From Elusimicrobiota bacterium (GTDB lineage Bacteria > Elusimicrobiota > Elusimicrobia > F11): a stretch of DNA of 64,000 bases. Made by a program: the position numbers and the translations under genes. Where the stretch lies: the NCBI GenBank assembly GCA_044221725.1, contig JBGAON010000001.1, forward strand, positions 352,001 to 416,000, given 5' to 3'. Each line of letters starts with the position of its first letter. Positions within the stretch are counted from its first letter, which is position 1. A model generated the notes under the pieces. That model was not told where the DNA came from. It searched no databases and worked only from the letters and a program-made list of their open reading frames with translations. This document shows positions 1 to 9,725 of this stretch, in pieces.

Positions 1-381
1 GGCTGGGTTCTCAAAATCAACGACCAAGTGCCCGGCCGTGAACCGATTGAACTTAAGTCCGCGCTCAGCAAGTCGCAATTCAAAGTTGAGCTCGTCTATA
101 TGAGCACGACGCCCGTGTGGGGATTTTCTTTCAAGCTCATGTCCAGTCCAAAGCTTTCGTTCTGGAAACAAGGTCGGCAGACGACGCTGAACGAAGTGCC
201 GAAACCTATTTTCATTTACGACCACCAAGCGCTGTTCAGCCCGCTTAAAGGCGGAAAGTCCGTTGTGTTGCCGATGGAAGCGCATTTCATCGACGAAAAG
301 AAGGAATACAATTTGACGTTCGAAATCACGTCCAAAAAAGCCGAAAAATTCTCGCAGACCGTGCGAGTAATATTTAAATAA
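1..381 (+). CDS. Hypothetical protein, 5'-truncated by window edge
   Basis: Frame 1 is open from base 1 (GWVLKINDQVPGREP...) to TAA at 379-381; no recognisable motif. Confidence 0.6.
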   Translation, partial: GWVLKINDQVPGREPIELKSALSKSQFKVELVYMSTTPVWGFSFKLMSSPKLSFWKQGRQTTLNEVPKPIFIYDHQALFSPLKGGKSVVLPMEAHFIDEKKEYNLTFEITSKKAEKFSQTVRVIFK

Positions 382-414
382 GGCCCGTTCGTTAACTTAG
401 GGCGAGGAGTCTTC

Positions 415-1362
415 ATGTCACGAAAGAAAGTAACTGTTGTTGGTGCTGGGAATGTCGGAGCGTCATTGGCGCAGGCCGTTGCGCTTACAAATTTGGCGGA
501 CGTTGTTCTTATCGATATTCCGGAGACCGGTGGTATGCCGGCCGGAAAAGGTTTGGACTTGCTTGAAGCGGGAACGGTGTATGGTTACAGCACTCACATT
601 TCCGGCGGAACGGATTGGGCGCTTGTGAAAAATTCGGACATCGTGGTGGTCACGGCGGGCGTGCCACGCAAGCCCGGAATGTCACGCGATGATCTTTTAG
701 CGATCAACGCGAAGATCGTTGGTGAAGTGGGAAAAAAGATTAAGGCAAACGCGCCAAACGCGCTCGTCATTGTGGTGTCAAATCCTCTGGATGCAATGTG
801 CACGGTGTTGCAGCGCGCCACCGGTTTCCCACGCGAACGCGTGCTCGGAATGGCCGGTGTGCTCGATTCCGCTCGCATGAAGGCGTTTATTGCCGAAGAA
901 TTGGAAGTGTCCGTCGAGAATGTGGATGGCTTCGTGCTGGGGGGGCACGGTGACACAATGGTGCCACTGCCGCGTTTCACAACGGTGTCGGGAATCCCCT
1001 TGTCCGAGTTTCTTCCGAAGGAACGTGTGGACGCGATTATGCAGCGCACCCGCGATGGCGGTGCTGAGATTGTGAAGCTTCTTGAGAAAGGGTCGGCATT
1101 TTACGCACCGGCCGCATCCGTATGCGAAATGATCGAAGCCATTCTTCTCGATAAGAAAAAAATTCTCCCCTGCGCCGTTTTGTTAAACGGCGAGTACGGC
1201 GTGAAAGGGCTTTTTGTGGGTGTGCTGGCAAAGCTGGGCTCAAACGGTATGGAGGGTGTGATTAACCTCAAGCTTAACGCCGAAGAGGAAGCGGGTTTTC
1301 GTAAATCGGTCAAAGCCGTCGAGGAATTGGTGGCCGCGGTTGACAAGATGGCGCTCGTCTAG
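415..1362 (+). CDS. mdh: Malate dehydrogenase (LDH-like MDH)
   Basis: GAGNVG Rossmann motif, [15 protein letters not shown] substrate loop (Arg = malate specificity), VSNPLD, LGGHGD; GAGGAG RBS. Confidence 0.96.
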   Translation: MSRKKVTVVGAGNVGASLAQAVALTNLADVVLIDIPETGGMPAGKGLDLLEAGTVYGYSTHISGGTDWALVKNSDIVVVTAGVPRKPGMSRDDLLAINAKIVGEVGKKIKANAPNALVIVVSNPLDAMCTVLQRATGFPRERVLGMAGVLDSARMKAFIAEELEVSVENVDGFVLGGHGDTMVPLPRFTTVSGIPLSEFLPKERVDAIMQRTRDGGAEIVKLLEKGSAFYAPAASVCEMIEAILLDKKKILPCAVLLNGEYGVKGLFVGVLAKLGSNGMEGVINLKLNAEEEAGFRKSVKAVEELVAAVDKMALV

Positions 1363-1396
1363 CCGAACTCAGCCCCGCCAGATTCGTAAAACGGAT

Positions 1397-1708
1397 ATGG
1401 CGAATGAAAATAAGGCTTTGGCCGCCAACGAGATCGGCAAGCGTTTGAAAGATTTGCCGCAGTGGAGCGAGGCGGAAGATTCGCTCGTGCGGGGACAGAA
1501 ATTCAATTCCTACCGAGACGCACTGGACTTCGTATACGCGGTCGGGAAGGCCGCTGACAAGAACGATCACCACCCCGACATGCGTATCGATTACAAAACT
1601 GTCGAAGTGCGTTTCTCAACGCACTCGGCGGGCGGAATCACCGCGTTGGACTTCAAAATGGCCGCTGCGGTCGAAGCGTTGATCCCAAAATTTCTGAAGC
1701 GGTCGTAA
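1397..1708 (+). CDS. phhB: Pterin-4-alpha-carbinolamine dehydratase
   Basis: HHPD...YKTV...STHSAGGITALDF signature; ATG 1397 preferred over the TTG overlapping mdh. Confidence 0.9.
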   Translation: MANENKALAANEIGKRLKDLPQWSEAEDSLVRGQKFNSYRDALDFVYAVGKAADKNDHHPDMRIDYKTVEVRFSTHSAGGITALDFKMAAAVEALIPKFLKRS

Positions 1709-1747
1709 CAATTTTATTTCGGTGCTGTTACCGAAGGTTTACATCTT

Positions 1748-1780
1748 CTTAAGACCAACTTAAGCCGGTTGTCGTTTAAT
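1748..1780 (+). promoter_or_regulatory. CTTAAG-N5-CTTAAG direct repeat (OmpR/PmrA-type box) with downstream -10-like TTTAAT
   Basis: CTTAAG at 1748-1753 and 1759-1764 (11-bp period), then GGTTGTC and TTTAAT at 1775-1780; same layout at 32593-32626. Confidence 0.5.
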
Positions 1781-1785
1781 TGGCT

Positions 1786-4700
1786 ATGAGACCACCCCTT
1801 CTCAAGGCCGTTGCCACGCCTCTCTCTGTTGTTGTTCTCGCCACAAATTGCCTGTTCGCGCACTCCGTCGAAGTAAATTTTTGGACCGAAAGGCGCACCA
1901 CCTCGCCAACGTCGATTTCTGCACGTGGAGGTGAAATCCCCGCAAGACCTGGCCTCTGGGGGATTTCTCAATTTGGCACCGTCCGTAAGATCTTAAAACC
2001 AAGAGGCGTTTCGAAAGGAACGGTTCTGCACATCCAAGACATTCATCGAAATCGCGAAGCACAAACGGCTATTTCCAAAGCCGTTCAACAATTAATTAAC
2101 AGCGACTCCATTGATCTCATCGCACTGGAGGGCGCTTTCGGCCCCATCGACCTTTCGTTGTTTCGAAAATTTCCCTCTAGAAATTCGGTGAAGATTGTTG
2201 CCGATTATTTGTTCCGCGAAAATCAAATCGCGGGCGCCATTTTTGCTGCCATCACGAGTGACCGCGGAGGGCCCGCGCTAATCGGTGTCGACGCGCCCTC
2301 CCCTTACGCAGCGAACGTGAATGCGTACAAGCAAGCAAAGCCTTTTGTTCGATCGCGAAAAGAAGAAATTGAGCGGTCCGCGGAGAAAATTGCGGTCGAC
2401 AAGAAGCGTCTGTTTAACTCGAAACTGTCGACATTCGATGCGGATGTTCAGCGCTTTCGCAGCGGCGAATTATCGTGGGGCTACTACGTTCGGCATTTGT
2501 GCGCGTACTCCGGCGCCATCCCCGACGACGTTCAAGGTTTTTTGTCGGCGCTCAACATGGAATCTCAGATTGATTATGCGGGCATGGAATCGGAACGGAC
2601 CGCGCTCTTAAACAAACTCGTCGGTCATCTCACCGACAAGCAAAAGGCGGAATTGCTGAACGCGAGCGCCGCCTATCGGGCGGGGCAGCTCGGCCATTCT
2701 GATTTTTATCTTTATCTAAAACGACTGTCTGTTAAGCGTGGGATTTCGTTGGCAGCGTACCCGGTCTTTAACCGTTACGTTCGTTACGCACGGCTGGCTG
2801 ACAGCGTCGATGCCGAAAAGGTTCTCGAAGAAACGACCGCCATGGAAAAAGCGATTTATTCCCGGCTGGCGGTTACCGATGCGGAGAAACGGCTCGTTCA
2901 AAAATCGCGCGAGCTTTATTTGATCCGCAAACTTGTGGAATTTGCGCTGACGAAAAGGGAGTGGGAGGAACTAAAGCTGTCGCCCTGGAACGCCTTAATC
3001 CAGGGCCCACTTTCTTCCGCGAAAATGACGGATCTGCAGCCTTTCGCAGAATTTTACAAGCAAGCCGAGCTTCGCGATGAAGCAATGGCCAGCAATTTTT
3101 TAAATTGTCTCCGATGTACGAAGCACCCCGTACGAAGTGCCTTTGTCCTGATTACGGGTGGCTTCCACTCCACAGGCATTGACCAACGACTTGTTGATGC
3201 GGGTTACACGATCGTTGCCTTTGTTCCGAAAATTTCGAAGGTCGAATCCTCGGGTGGCACAAGTTATCTGACGGTATTCGCCCAAGAAAAAACGCCGCTC
3301 GAAAAATTGTTTGCGGGCGAAAAGCTTTTTGTGAGTCCTCCCGTGGTTCCGAAAAATCTTTTTCCCGCAAAGATAATGCTGGATCAGCATGTGTCTTTGT
3401 TGCGAACAAAGTGGGAAGGCAACGACGAGCGAACCGTGACCACGCGGGCCCGCGGCTTTGGTTTGACCACCACCTTCGCACGGAACAAAATTGTTTCCTC
3501 GAGAATCGTCTTGGCAAATGAGCCTGTGCCGGCCGGCACCGCGACCGGCCATGCGTTTGGAAATGCGGGCCGGTGGTACGGTCTCCGCGGCTTCTTGCTG
3601 GGGGGCTTTGTGAACGCGTTGTTTGCCTTCTTTGTGATGTATCCGTACGGGGATTTTTCAAACGTGTACGTGCGGGGGGGAATCGCCGCGGTGGCTCTTT
3701 TCGGCGGTGTTTATGGCGTCGTTGGTTTTCGGTCAATCTTTAATACCTACGGGAACGAACTTGTCGGTTACCATCTAATGGCGCGCACCCGAAAGATTGC
3801 GGTGGAAAAAGCAGCGCGCTTGGGTTTGTCACGACCGGAAAACGTTCTCTATATTCCGCTGCTCAAAACGCATATTTGGCTCAACCGAAAGTTTGATCGC
3901 AGTCGTGGAATTCAGCGTTGGATTGCGAATCCCATGATTCTTTCCCATGAGATATTCCCGTATCACACCTTCGGCATGATCGGCATGGTCTTCCTGCCCC
4001 TCACATTGTTGGTTCAAGCGATCTGGGTATGGAACAACGAATGGGTCACACATCCGCTCGAGCGGCAGAAACTTCTTGATCAAGAAATTCGGCATTTCGT
4101 GCGCATGACCGGAATCGCTGACGGAGATGCGAACGCCTTGATTCGCGATCTTCGCAAACGAACCATTGTGGTTCAGAGCCGAGGGGAAGCGTTTTGGCGA
4201 ATGTTGGTATCAAACACCATTTTTTTTGTTCCGCTCGTCGGTGCGCTCACGACGGTACTAATTTTTTATCAACAACCGATCGAGATGGTGGTGTTCCCGG
4301 CTATGTTCGGAGCTCTAATGATTATCGTTTTATCGGCTTCCTCTGCGTTCGGAGAATTTCTTGGTGTTGCATTGCCGTTTTTGAACCTCATCTTGATTAT
4401 GGATGAACAGATGCACAGCGATCACCTTCGTGGAGAAGTTATTTTTCACGAGTTGACGCACCATGTTTTCCCCGATTGGCGTACCGGCCGGGAATCGGTC
4501 GCGTATGCGGCTTCCTATATGGAAACGCTTCGGCGTGTGGAGCGGGGATACTCCGAGCAGACCGATACCGAGCTTGAGCGGATTCGTCGCGATATAAGTT
4601 CCGCGCCGCTGGACCAGTTGGTCAAGCGATACAAAAAAAAGGCCATTTTTACGGTCGCCCAAGATTCGCTCCGTGGCGATCATTTTGTTGAAGATACGAT

Positions 4701-7557
4701 TGAACCTCGGTTCAGTTATCCCTTTGGAAAGGAACTCGCCTACGTAGCGCTTGAATTGTTAAAGAATGACCCTCACAAATTTCACCGAGCGTACGAGATT
4801 GGTGTTGAACTGGCGCAAGGCATTCCGCTTGATAGAGCGTTTCACAATCGAAAAGTAAAAATTTTGTTGGCCGATGAAATGCCCGAGGCAAAAATAAATG
4901 CGCTCGTCGCTGAATATGGCGGACTCGTCGAGTTGGTGTCCCAAAACGGAGTTCGAGCCAGCGAAGGAAGAACCGCGAAGCAGAATTTGCTCGAAATTAT
5001 TCGGCGTAAAAAGCCGACGATAATGGTTGTTCGTTCCGGAACAAAACCGGACGGCGAAATTCTCGAAGAAGCGTTTCGACAAAACCCCGGTTTTGAAATT
5101 GTTCGAGCCGGAATGGGGCTTGATGGGGTTGATTTGCAGAAGGCCGATGAGTTGGGGGTTGCTGTTAAGCGGACAGGAGGAAGCGAAAACTCGGTCGCCA
5201 ACTTGGCTCTGCGTTTTTTCTTGGCGGGACTTCGAAAGCAAGACCGGAATTCGACGCGACCCGCAACTGTCCAAGCGGCGCTCGACATCGCAAACGATGC
5301 GGAGTGGAAACAAAAATTGGGCTTAATCAATCTTTTGGAGTTTAGCGGAGCCGCCGAAAAATCCGCAGCGGACGGGCGCGGACGGCTTGCGGATGACGAG
5401 TTCCGCGCAATTTTCGAACCGATGTCCGTTGATCAAGTAAGAAGACTGGTTGAATCCCGTTTTTCTGGCAAGACGATTGGTCTGTATGGTTGGGGCGCCA
5501 TTTCACAAGCTTTTGCGAGCAAGCTCAAAGCCCTGCGAGACCTGACCGGAGGGACGTTTAACATTGCGGCGTATTCACCGGCGCTCCGCAGAGGGCTTGT
5601 GGACGCTCGTGTGAAGGCCGAAGCGCTCGATGTCGAGAGTATGTCCGAGCACGAATTGCTGACGCAAGCGCACGTCATCTCGCTTCACATTCCTCTCGAT
5701 GAATCAACACGCTGGAAATTCGTTCCGGATAGTTTTGTCGGTAATCCGAATATCGAAATGCTTATCAATACGGCGCGACCTTCTATTGTGCAAGCAGCGC
5801 TTGTGGATGCGGCAGTCCGCGATCGCCACGAAGGATTTTTTTACTTTGCAGACGGAAAATTCGCTGAGTTGGACGCCTTGCGTGGCAAATATCCGGCGAA
5901 CGTTTTTATCACACCCCACATCGGCGCAAACACGAAAGACGGAATTGACGGCGTGGAAAAAAACACCGTGCGCACGTTGCGCGCCTCACTTCAGGAGCGC
6001 ATTCGCCGTGGAAAGGGCGATATAACGCTCCTGATTATTCTCGTGGTAACTTTTGGAGCATGGGCTTCAAGGACGTCCTATTTTTTAATCCCTCTGTTGA
6101 GTGTGCTCGCTTTCGCGATTTGGCCACGGATGGCCGGAGGCGCCTTTTTGTTTCCTTCGCCGAACGGTGAAGAAAGTCCTCTGGAAAAAACGGCCGAACA
6201 GAAGCGGGAAGAGATGGGGAGTGGTTTTTCGAGTTCGTTGGGCGTTGATCCAACCGATCTGGAAGTCGGGTCGATTGTTGGCGAGGAATATGTTGCAAAT
6301 GCTCCAACGCTCGAAAGCGAAAGCATTCTGCGGGCCGAGCGTTACATTTTCATCATCGCATTAACGGCCACGGCGCTATTGGGCGCCTTTCGAGTACCCA
6401 TCGAAATGCTTTGGAAGATCAGCGTCATCTTGTTGCTGCTGCCCAACCTTGGCGTTGCGCTCTCCATTGTGGTGCAACATTGGCGTCGCGTCCTGATTAA
6501 AGTGGCCGATGTGCCTTTGTTGTATATGGTGAAGCGCGCCAAATGGAGCGATCGCCTAGCGATTGGCTTCGGTTCGATTTTCTTTAACTTCGTCCCGAGC
6601 TTGCTATTCCTGCTGCCATTGATTGCTTTGTTGTTCGTCTTTGCGCTATTCCCAAATTTCAAACCCGTCGAGCGGCGGGCGTGGGTGTTCCTGCCGTTGT
6701 TTTTCTTTGCGTCTTATTTTCTGGTTCCAAAGCTCGAGCACGTTATTTTGTCGATAAAGATTTATTTGCACACGAAATTTAATGTCTGGCGCGGCAAGAA
6801 GTCGCTAGCGACCGTGCCACCGTCAACGAATGGCATGGCCGACCAGCTCCCCGAGTCACGTTTGGTGGAAACTGTCAGCGCAGACTTACAGGCCCGCTTG
6901 GTTCGCGGGTTGGAAGATGCGGTGCCAAATCTTCCTTCATCCGTTGGTGGCGCAGAGGAATTGACGAATCAGCTTAAACATCATGCGATTCCGGCTGCGG
7001 TGCGGTCGGCGGCCGTAGGTTTGGATCAGGCTTTAAACCGGGCGTTCCAACCGAAAATCAACAATATTCAAATTTTCCACGTCGCTTCACCTGAAGACGT
7101 TCGTGATCTCGAGTCTGTTATTCTCCAAATGAAGAAAAACAACGCGCAGCGCGATGATGGGATCAGCTGCGTATGTGTCGTTCTTGCTCGGGGAGTGGAT
7201 TCCGAAATTGATTGGAGTGTTCAAAAGTTGCGGCGAGCAACCGTTACCTGGGATTGGGTCGAAATCATTAAGGAGGAGCGGTTGATCGCGCCCGGCACGA
7301 ATAAAATCGACTATAAATCACTGTTCAAAATTGCCCAAGAGGGGTTCCTCGCAAAACCGGAGCCGACGAAGCTCTTTCGTGAACTTTATGAGGGCAACTA
7401 CGCGGATAAGCGCCTCGTCGTCTGGGGACATTCCAATATCCGCTACGAGGCCGACGAGAACCTGCTTCCAATTCTTACGCTTGTTGTTCGAGTGGCAGGC
7501 GAAATCTATGGTGTTCTCGATCTGCGGAATTGGCGCGAGCGGGCCACCGCCGCTTGA
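1786..7557 (+). CDS. Giant mosaic membrane protein: signal peptide, HIQDIH N-terminal domain, TM clusters, HExxH motif, D-isomer 2-hydroxyacid dehydrogenase-like domain, further TMs
   Basis: Long uninterrupted ORF; LHIQDIH (~2029), LEGAFG; IFHELTHH (~4447); VVRSGTK, VRAGMGLDGVD, GLYGWGAI, ISLHIPL, LINTAR, ITPHIGANT (~4850-5990). Confidence 0.85.
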   Translation: MRPPLLKAVATPLSVVVLATNCLFAHSVEVNFWTERRTTSPTSISARGGEIPARPGLWGISQFGTVRKILKPRGVSKGTVLHIQDIHRNREAQTAISKAVQQLINSDSIDLIALEGAFGPIDLSLFRKFPSRNSVKIVADYLFRENQIAGAIFAAITSDRGGPALIGVDAPSPYAANVNAYKQAKPFVRSRKEEIERSAEKIAVDKKRLFNSKLSTFDADVQRFRSGELSWGYYVRHLCAYSGAIPDDVQGFLSALNMESQIDYAGMESERTALLNKLVGHLTDKQKAELLNASAAYRAGQLGHSDFYLYLKRLSVKRGISLAAYPVFNRYVRYARLADSVDAEKVLEETTAMEKAIYSRLAVTDAEKRLVQKSRELYLIRKLVEFALTKREWEELKLSPWNALIQGPLSSAKMTDLQPFAEFYKQAELRDEAMASNFLNCLRCTKHPVRSAFVLITGGFHSTGIDQRLVDAGYTIVAFVPKISKVESSGGTSYLTVFAQEKTPLEKLFAGEKLFVSPPVVPKNLFPAKIMLDQHVSLLRTKWEGNDERTVTTRARGFGLTTTFARNKIVSSRIVLANEPVPAGTATGHAFGNAGRWYGLRGFLLGGFVNALFAFFVMYPYGDFSNVYVRGGIAAVALFGGVYGVVGFRSIFNTYGNELVGYHLMARTRKIAVEKAARLGLSRPENVLYIPLLKTHIWLNRKFDRSRGIQRWIANPMILSHEIFPYHTFGMIGMVFLPLTLLVQAIWVWNNEWVTHPLERQKLLDQEIRHFVRMTGIADGDANALIRDLRKRTIVVQSRGEAFWRMLVSNTIFFVPLVGALTTVLIFYQQPIEMVVFPAMFGALMIIVLSASSAFGEFLGVALPFLNLILIMDEQMHSDHLRGEVIFHELTHHVFPDWRTGRESVAYAASYMETLRRVERGYSEQTDTELERIRRDISSAPLDQLVKRYKKKAIFTVAQDSLRGDHFVEDTIEPRFSYPFGKELAYVALELLKNDPHKFHRAYEIGVELAQGIPLDRAFHNRKVKILLADEMPEAKINALVAEYGGLVELVSQNGVRASEGRTAKQNLLEIIRRKKPTIMVVRSGTKPDGEILEEAFRQNPGFEIVRAGMGLDGVDLQKADELGVAVKRTGGSENSVANLALRFFLAGLRKQDRNSTRPATVQAALDIANDAEWKQKLGLINLLEFSGAAEKSAADGRGRLADDEFRAIFEPMSVDQVRRLVESRFSGKTIGLYGWGAISQAFASKLKALRDLTGGTFNIAAYSPALRRGLVDARVKAEALDVESMSEHELLTQAHVISLHIPLDESTRWKFVPDSFVGNPNIEMLINTARPSIVQAALVDAAVRDRHEGFFYFADGKFAELDALRGKYPANVFITPHIGANTKDGIDGVEKNTVRTLRASLQERIRRGKGDITLLIILVVTFGAWASRTSYFLIPLLSVLAFAIWPRMAGGAFLFPSPNGEESPLEKTAEQKREEMGSGFSSSLGVDPTDLEVGSIVGEEYVANAPTLESESILRAERYIFIIALTATALLGAFRVPIEMLWKISVILLLLPNLGVALSIVVQHWRRVLIKVADVPLLYMVKRAKWSDRLAIGFGSIFFNFVPSLLFLLPLIALLFVFALFPNFKPVERRAWVFLPLFFFASYFLVPKLEHVILSIKIYLHTKFNVWRGKKSLATVPPSTNGMADQLPESRLVETVSADLQARLVRGLEDAVPNLPSSVGGAEELTNQLKHHAIPAAVRSAAVGLDQALNRAFQPKINNIQIFHVASPEDVRDLESVILQMKKNNAQRDDGISCVCVVLARGVDSEIDWSVQKLRRATVTWDWVEIIKEERLIAPGTNKIDYKSLFKIAQEGFLAKPEPTKLFRELYEGNYADKRLVVWGHSNIRYEADENLLPILTLVVRVAGEIYGVLDLRNWRERATAA

Positions 7558-7697
7558 ACCGCAAGCAAAAATTCCGGTTGCGGCGGTGGGGGGCGATGTG
7601 ATATACACGCACCCTGATTCGAACACCTCCCCTTGTCGTCATCCCCTTGTAATGGCTTTGAGGTTCTGGTGAATTATTTTTTTGGAGTTTATTGTCT

Positions 7698-8132
7698 ATG
7701 GCAAAACCTTTAGCGGCGGAACGTTCATACGAGTGTCTTTTCGTGTGTCCCTCCGACACGCCACAGAAAAACATCGATCTTTTCATTGAGAAGATCAAAA
7801 CAACCATTGCACCGACAAAAGGTGTTTTGCGCAGCGTCCAGATTTGGGGGCGCCGAAAGTTAACTTACTCAATCAAACACCAGAAAGACGGGCTTTATAT
7901 CTTTATCGATTTCACCGGCGAACGCGGCACCGCCGAAGCGTTGCGCGGGCTTTTCCGCGTCACGGATTTCGTGATCCGCAACGTGATCACTGACAAAGTA
8001 AATTTGCGACCGCCCTACGTCCGTAAATTCCCGACGCCCACCGATGGTGCGGCCGAAGGAGCAGCAGCGGCACCGGCGGCGACCGCGACAGCAACTCCCT
8101 CGACAGAAACAACCAAGGTTACTCCCTCATAA
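7698..8132 (+). CDS. rpsF: 30S ribosomal protein S6 (Ala/Thr/Pro-rich C-terminal tail)
   Basis: YECLFV, WGRRKLTYSIK, G.Y motifs; rpsF-ssb-rpsR-rplI synteny. Confidence 0.95.
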   Translation: MAKPLAAERSYECLFVCPSDTPQKNIDLFIEKIKTTIAPTKGVLRSVQIWGRRKLTYSIKHQKDGLYIFIDFTGERGTAEALRGLFRVTDFVIRNVITDKVNLRPPYVRKFPTPTDGAAEGAAAAPAATATATPSTETTKVTPS

Positions 8133-8146
8133 ATTAGGAGTCCCGA

Positions 8147-8629
8147 ATGGCAAACTTGCGATTGCACAGTCTCAATGACGTAAAAATTGTCGGGCGGTTA
8201 ACGCGCGATCCCGAACTTCGGTACACGCCTCAAGGAACAGCGGTGTGTCATTTTCGTGTGGCGGTCAGCCGCAGCTACAAAGCGCCGAACTCGAACGAAT
8301 GGAAAGAAGAAGTGGCGTTCGTTCCGTGCACCGTGTGGCGAGAAACCGCGGAGCGTTGCGGTCAACGGCTTAAGAAAGGAAGTCCGGTTTTTGTTGAAGG
8401 TCGTTTGAAGTCACGCGAATGGCAAACGAAAGAAGGCCAGAAGCGGACCGATTTGGAAGTCGATATTCAACGCATTCAATTTTTGGAAATGATGGGCGAT
8501 GGTGGTGGCAGTTCGAACGCGGAACCGTCCGGTGATGAATCCGGAGAATCCGCTTCTGTGGGTGCCGGCAGTTTTGGCTCATCTTCTCCTTCAGCACAAT
8601 CACATAACGATGACGAGGTACCATTTTAA
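8147..8629 (+). CDS. ssb: Single-stranded DNA-binding protein
   Basis: LNDVKIVGRLTRDPELRYT, VEGRL, acidic DDEVPF C-terminus. Confidence 0.97.
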   Translation: MANLRLHSLNDVKIVGRLTRDPELRYTPQGTAVCHFRVAVSRSYKAPNSNEWKEEVAFVPCTVWRETAERCGQRLKKGSPVFVEGRLKSREWQTKEGQKRTDLEVDIQRIQFLEMMGDGGGSSNAEPSGDESGESASVGAGSFGSSSPSAQSHNDDEVPF

Positions 8630-9015
8630 TGGAAACATCTGACAAACCTTCGACACCGACCAGTTCGTACCGGCCGAAACCGGCTGGCGCGACCGGCGGA
8701 TACACGCCACGGCCCGCGGGAGCTACGGGTTCCACCGGATACAAACCGGGAGGCCGCCCTCCAATGGGAGCCGGTGGTCCAGGAATGGGTCGCGGTGGTC
8801 GTCCACCAATTCGTCGTCGCGTGTGCCGTATTTGCATGGATCGTCAGGGCGGTGTGGATTGGAAGGCCGCCAATTTCCTGCGCAATTTCATCACCGAGCG
8901 CGGAAAAATTCTTTCGGGTCGTTCCACCGGAACCTGCGCACGATGCCAACGCCAACTTACACAAGCGATTAAACGCGCGCGCAACATTGCGCTGATTCCA
9001 ACGTCGCCAGTTTAA
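8629..9015 (+). CDS. rpsR: 30S ribosomal protein S18 (Zn-ribbon type, long N-terminal extension)
   Basis: CRIC...FITERGKIL...TGTCARCQRQLTQAIKRAR. Confidence 0.95.
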   Translation: METSDKPSTPTSSYRPKPAGATGGYTPRPAGATGSTGYKPGGRPPMGAGGPGMGRGGRPPIRRRVCRICMDRQGGVDWKAANFLRNFITERGKILSGRSTGTCARCQRQLTQAIKRARNIALIPTSPV

Positions 9016-9041
9016 ACGCCCTTCGAACCGAGGTTATTACT

Positions 9042-9572
9042 ATGCCACAGTCCGTTATTCTTCTTGCCGATGTCCCAGGTTTGGGGCAGCTCGGCGATCA
9101 CTGCAAAGTTAAAGAAGGCTTTGCGCGCAACTATTTAATTCCCGAGCGTCTCGCTATGTACGCGACGACCGATGCGCTTAAGCGTTTCGAAAAACAGAAA
9201 GCGAAGCTCGTTCAAGAGCGCGAGAAGCAACTGGCGCGTTCGAAATCTCTTTCCGAAAAAATTGGCCAAGTCGGTCTCGTGTTTGATCGGCCGGTTGGTC
9301 AAGGCGGTCGTTTGTTCGGATCCGTCACACCGATGGATATCGCCGCTGAGCTCTCGAAACAAGGCGCTTCGGTGGAAAAGAAATCCATCCTCATGAATGG
9401 CCCGATCAAAACAATTGGGGATCATTCCATCCGTGTCCGCATTCATTCTCAAGTTGTTGTTGATGTTCCTGTGAAAGTGATCGGTCGCGAAGCCAAGAAA
9501 ACCAGCGAACACGCGGAGCACGCGGACTCGCTTGTTGAAACGCCGTTCGGCGAGCCGGACGAAGATTATTAA
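9042..9572 (+). CDS. rplI: 50S ribosomal protein L9
   Basis: VILLADVPGLG..GD...VKEGFARNYLIP; GRLFGSVT. Confidence 0.96.
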   Translation: MPQSVILLADVPGLGQLGDHCKVKEGFARNYLIPERLAMYATTDALKRFEKQKAKLVQEREKQLARSKSLSEKIGQVGLVFDRPVGQGGRLFGSVTPMDIAAELSKQGASVEKKSILMNGPIKTIGDHSIRVRIHSQVVVDVPVKVIGREAKKTSEHAEHADSLVETPFGEPDEDY

Positions 9573-9725
9573 AGCCGTCGTCCTGGCACGTCGTTAGCCA
9601 GGATCCGTTTTTCCTAGATTAACTTGGGCCCTGGATTGAGACGTTCCAGGGCGACGACTTGTTTCCGATGACGATCTCTTGCGGATCGCCCTTTTCTTCC
9701 CGAATAGTATAATCGTTCACCCCTT

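Noticed and set aside
7558..7697. S6:S18 ribosomal leader RNA upstream of rpsF
   Set aside because: Position fits and CTCC could pair with the GGAG RBS, but the conserved CCG next to the SD is not evident; needs an Rfam covariance search
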